Source: an uncultured bacterium
GTDB taxonomy: Bacteria; Babelota; Babeliae; Babelales; Vermiphilaceae
Length of the DNA stretch: 64,000 bases
Assembly: GCA_963695335.1 (NCBI GenBank)
Contig: OY968764.1
Span: 32,001 to 96,000 of the forward strand
Direction of reading: 5' to 3'
The notes under the pieces are model-generated. The model searched no databases. It had not been told where the DNA came from and was given only the letters and a program-made list of their open reading frames with translations. This document shows, in pieces, positions 60,909 to 64,000 of the stretch; position 1 is the first letter of the stretch; every line of letters begins with the position of its first letter. The translations under genes were made by a program, and so were the position numbers.

Positions 60909-62104
60909 TGAAACACATACAACTCATTGTATGCTTTATAATTTCTTCTATCGGATCCATAACTTTTGCCATGGAACATTTTGTAGAACTGCAACAACAA
61001 CCAATTAATAATTGTATTACCACAACAATCAATGCAATCGATGAAAAAATTAATAAAAAATATTCAAAAAATTTCATTCCTGATTTTGCAACCACACTCG
61101 GATTAACGGAAGAAGAAAAGCACGATATCGCAACTATCGCAAGCGCATGTTGTGAAAAAAATAACACACAACTTTCCACACAATTGATCAATGATTTACG
61201 TAAAAAAAATATATTCTTTGATGCAGCAATTGATTACTTCAGCGATTTTGCGCATCAGAATATTAATAATGTTACATACACAACAATAGATACGGTTAAT
61301 AACCCCGCAAATCAACAACCTATCCCTCAACTCAATACCATTCCACAACCAATCAAAAAATATATTATAAAAACGGTATACAAAGAAATGGGCGCATCAT
61401 ACAATATTCCGCTTGTTCATGATAGAGCTGTTCGTCTTTTTGCAATACATCCCAAAAGCGATACTGTTGCCTCTTACTGCCATGGTAACACTTTGCACCT
61501 ATGGGACTTAAAAACTGGCGCTGAAAAAAAGAAAATTGTAAATCATCCCAACATTGATTTTATGCAATTCAATCACGATGGTTCTCTTATAGCACTCATC
61601 AGTAATCTTTTAACAAAAAATTTCTGTAAAAAATCTCGGATTCAGATCAGAAACAGCACAACGGCAGAGCGAATCGCCACAATTAAGCAAGATAATCATG
61701 TATATTTTGCAAACTTTGTACAAGGACAATCCAACAGCACAATTGCCACATTTATGCTTGAGGAAAACAGTAAATATAAACGGCGAGATAGAGTGATGCA
61801 TCTCTGGCAATTAAACGAGCAAAATAAATATATCCACATCGGCTCTTTACCACCACTGCCATGGCTCGGTGAACACTTTATAGAATTTTTATCAGACAAG
61901 AAAAAATATGAAGGAAGTTTAGATGAAGAAAACAATAGAGTTATCCACATAACGGCAAAAAAATGTCCCGCCTTATATCTTTGCACCCAAGCGATATACA
62001 ATCATAAAGAGACAAACACACGTAATATTATTGAGCAATCACAAACATATCAACAATTAACGGAATATGAAAAACAGTTAGTCATTAAAAAATATCATAA
62101 GTAG
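60908..62104 (+). CDS. Secreted protein with partial WD40 repeats, paralog of 58858-60147
   Basis: Signal ...TFA|MEH; shared YFxDxAxxN..VT.TT.D, LHLWDLKTG, IT.K.C...LC/YxQAI, TEYEK. Confidence 0.8.
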   Translation: MKHIQLIVCFIISSIGSITFAMEHFVELQQQPINNCITTTINAIDEKINKKYSKNFIPDFATTLGLTEEEKHDIATIASACCEKNNTQLSTQLINDLRKKNIFFDAAIDYFSDFAHQNINNVTYTTIDTVNNPANQQPIPQLNTIPQPIKKYIIKTVYKEMGASYNIPLVHDRAVRLFAIHPKSDTVASYCHGNTLHLWDLKTGAEKKKIVNHPNIDFMQFNHDGSLIALISNLLTKNFCKKSRIQIRNSTTAERIATIKQDNHVYFANFVQGQSNSTIATFMLEENSKYKRRDRVMHLWQLNEQNKYIHIGSLPPLPWLGEHFIEFLSDKKKYEGSLDEENNRVIHITAKKCPALYLCTQAIYNHKETNTRNIIEQSQTYQQLTEYEKQLVIKKYHK

Positions 62105-62132
62105 CTCCTTCACACTATTTGGAGAAGTAATA

Positions 62133-62825
62133 ATGAATATATTCAAGCTTTTTCTTTTTCTTTTTATGAATATCAATCTCTTTTTTTGTTTGGCAATGGA
62201 AACAAATAAAGATCTCAAGCCGCAAAAAATTCTCTCAACACTTTTCAAGCTGATGCACAAAAACGAATCATCTGAGGAATCTTTTATAACAAAAAAACCA
62301 AAAGATTCTTATACAAGTCATCTCAATAACTTTAATCAACATACCACAGCATTGCGCAATGCAATTGAACAGGCACAAAAAAATCCTAGTGATAAACAAA
62401 CAATACCAGGCCTACGTTCAACAATTATTACAGAAGATTTAATTCCACTCAGACACAAAGTAAAAAATATCTTACGTTACATTAAAAATAATAATTTATA
62501 TCTCTCTCATTCCAATCAAGCTTTCAGTAAAAGCAAACACTCACCAAGAATACAAATTATTGATTCCATGATAGCTACCCTTAAAAATGACACCATCGAG
62601 TTAGATGATAAAACAGTTCAAAATTATCAATACATAATGAACCATATAGCTGACTTTTCAACAAAAAAAAATCATGATAATATAGTTGAATCTCAAGTTT
62701 TTGCAGCCTTAGAAACTATTTCTTTAAACAATAAAGATAAAGCAAAAAAGTTAGCAGAACTCTTGCATGACGAAATTGTAAACGAAAATGCATTAAAAAA
62801 ATGTATAAAAAATTGCTCTCTCTGA
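62133..62825 (+). CDS. Hypothetical secreted protein (230 aa)
   Basis: GGAG RBS, signal ...CLA|MET. Confidence 0.7.
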   Translation: MNIFKLFLFLFMNINLFFCLAMETNKDLKPQKILSTLFKLMHKNESSEESFITKKPKDSYTSHLNNFNQHTTALRNAIEQAQKNPSDKQTIPGLRSTIITEDLIPLRHKVKNILRYIKNNNLYLSHSNQAFSKSKHSPRIQIIDSMIATLKNDTIELDDKTVQNYQYIMNHIADFSTKKNHDNIVESQVFAALETISLNNKDKAKKLAELLHDEIVNENALKKCIKNCSL

Positions 62826-63418
62826 TAGTATTATCTGCACAGCTGATTGCATCAGAAAAAGATCTTTCAAAAAACAGTTCTTTAATTTTGGCGATAAAAA
62901 ACAAGAATGAAAAACTTGTAGAAGATCTTTTACAAAAAGACACGAATCCAAATAGTGAAGATGAGCATGGTAATCATGCTATACATCTGGCGATGGAATG
63001 GGATACAGAACCAGAAAACCCCTTTTATAAAAAAAGAAATTTTTCTTCAAACATTGTGAAAGCCCTTTTAAAATACAACGCAAATCCAAATATACGTTAT
63101 AAGTTCAAAGACGCAACACCGCTCCATGCAGCGGTGTTTCATAATGCACCGGAAATTGTCATAGAATTAATCTATTATGGCGCCAAAAAAGATGCTTGTG
63201 ATGCGCGAGGAGTTACCCCATTGGCCCTTGCACAAACTTACAAACATCATGATATTGTTAACATACTTTCTATCAATGTACCGCCGCTACCAGTATTTGC
63301 CATTGAAAAAGAAATTACATCATTTCATCTGATAGAAATTGTAAAAACACCATTCATTATCGATACATCAAAACCGTTTTCAGCCAAAAAGATCATTGAT
63401 GATTACAGTTCTCTTTGA
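62801..63418 (+). CDS. Secreted ankyrin-repeat protein
   Basis: GNHAIHLA, TPLHAAV, GVTPLALA, IVKALLKYNANPN. Confidence 0.9.
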   Translation: MYKKLLSLIVLSAQLIASEKDLSKNSSLILAIKNKNEKLVEDLLQKDTNPNSEDEHGNHAIHLAMEWDTEPENPFYKKRNFSSNIVKALLKYNANPNIRYKFKDATPLHAAVFHNAPEIVIELIYYGAKKDACDARGVTPLALAQTYKHHDIVNILSINVPPLPVFAIEKEITSFHLIEIVKTPFIIDTSKPFSAKKIIDDYSSL

Positions 63419-63489
63419 TCTTATTACATTTCTTTTCTATACTACACTCAAAAAAAACAAAGCTGCAAAACTTCATAAAAAAAACGAAC

Positions 63490-64000
63490 ATGAATATACA
63501 GATAAAAATACAGACATTATTACTGCTCCTTGTTATGTCTACGCAATGCATGGAACCAGAAGTTTTGACATTAAATAGCCGTGTAATCAGGCAAATTATA
63601 AAAGTTAATACAGACAATAGATTTTATATACCTGGTTTTAGCAGACAAAGAGATAGAATAATAGTATTACAACAGTTGGCAGACCAAGGTGCTCATATTA
63701 CTTTTAGTAGTAAAGATACAGAGATTCCATCTTGGTTAGATAAAAATATTGATACAACTCAAAAAACTCTCTATAAATTTTTTTCATTTTTAAAATACAA
63801 CAAAAATACAGCTCAAATTGCTGCACAATATACCTGCTCTGAAGAACCAGAAAACTTCACTCACATTTTATGCCTTAACAATGATGCATTATGGATTACT
63901 GCTAAAAAAAATATCGTAAAAAATACACAACCGATTATATCAGATTTATGCTACAGATATGCACATAACAATGAAACAACACATGTCCCTCAACTGGATC
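63490..64000 (+). CDS. Hypothetical secreted protein, 5' part (runs off window end)
   Basis: Hand translation MNIQIKIQTLLLLLVMSTQC|MEPEVLTLNSRVIRQ... open to the end; resembles the 60282 protein. Confidence 0.7.
   Translation, partial: MNIQIKIQTLLLLLVMSTQCMEPEVLTLNSRVIRQIIKVNTDNRFYIPGFSRQRDRIIVLQQLADQGAHITFSSKDTEIPSWLDKNIDTTQKTLYKFFSFLKYNKNTAQIAAQYTCSEEPENFTHILCLNNDALWITAKKNIVKNTQPIISDLCYRYAHNNETTHVPQLD

Overview
AT-rich bacterial chromosomal window. The gene content (many Sec-signal hypothetical proteins, WD40 and ankyrin proteins, sparse metabolism) suggests a protist-associated intracellular bacterium, most plausibly Ca. Dependentiae/Babelota (TM6). This is inferred, not searched. Housekeeping genes: trxA, cysS, bamA, ftsL-like/ftsI, class I aldolase, two RRM proteins, rpe, groES, and a groEL with five frameshifts that are probably sequencing errors. 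The accessory blocks are: (1) four tandem secreted fibre genes with collagen, beta-solenoid repeats and a C-terminal intramolecular chaperone (2.1-16.7 kb); (2) an IS5-like element that splits a signal peptide from a GNAT gene; (3) a candidate polymorphic-toxin locus (31.1-38.1 kb) in which a signal-peptide AAA+ ATPase and a catalytically dead paralog bracket toxin, immunity, an orphan toxin-tip scar and a second immunity gene; (4) three secreted Skp1/POZ-like + WD40 proteins; (5) a periplasmic binding protein coupled to a Cache-domain pentameric ligand-gated channel; (6) a secreted protein with a mitochondrial-presequence-like N-terminus and an ART-like C-terminus; (7) a family of nested palindromic REP-like elements, two of them inserted in frame in genes. 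Many predicted secreted proteins have Met at +1 after the signal peptide. No rRNA, tRNA or CRISPR array was seen. All domain calls come from reading motifs by eye.
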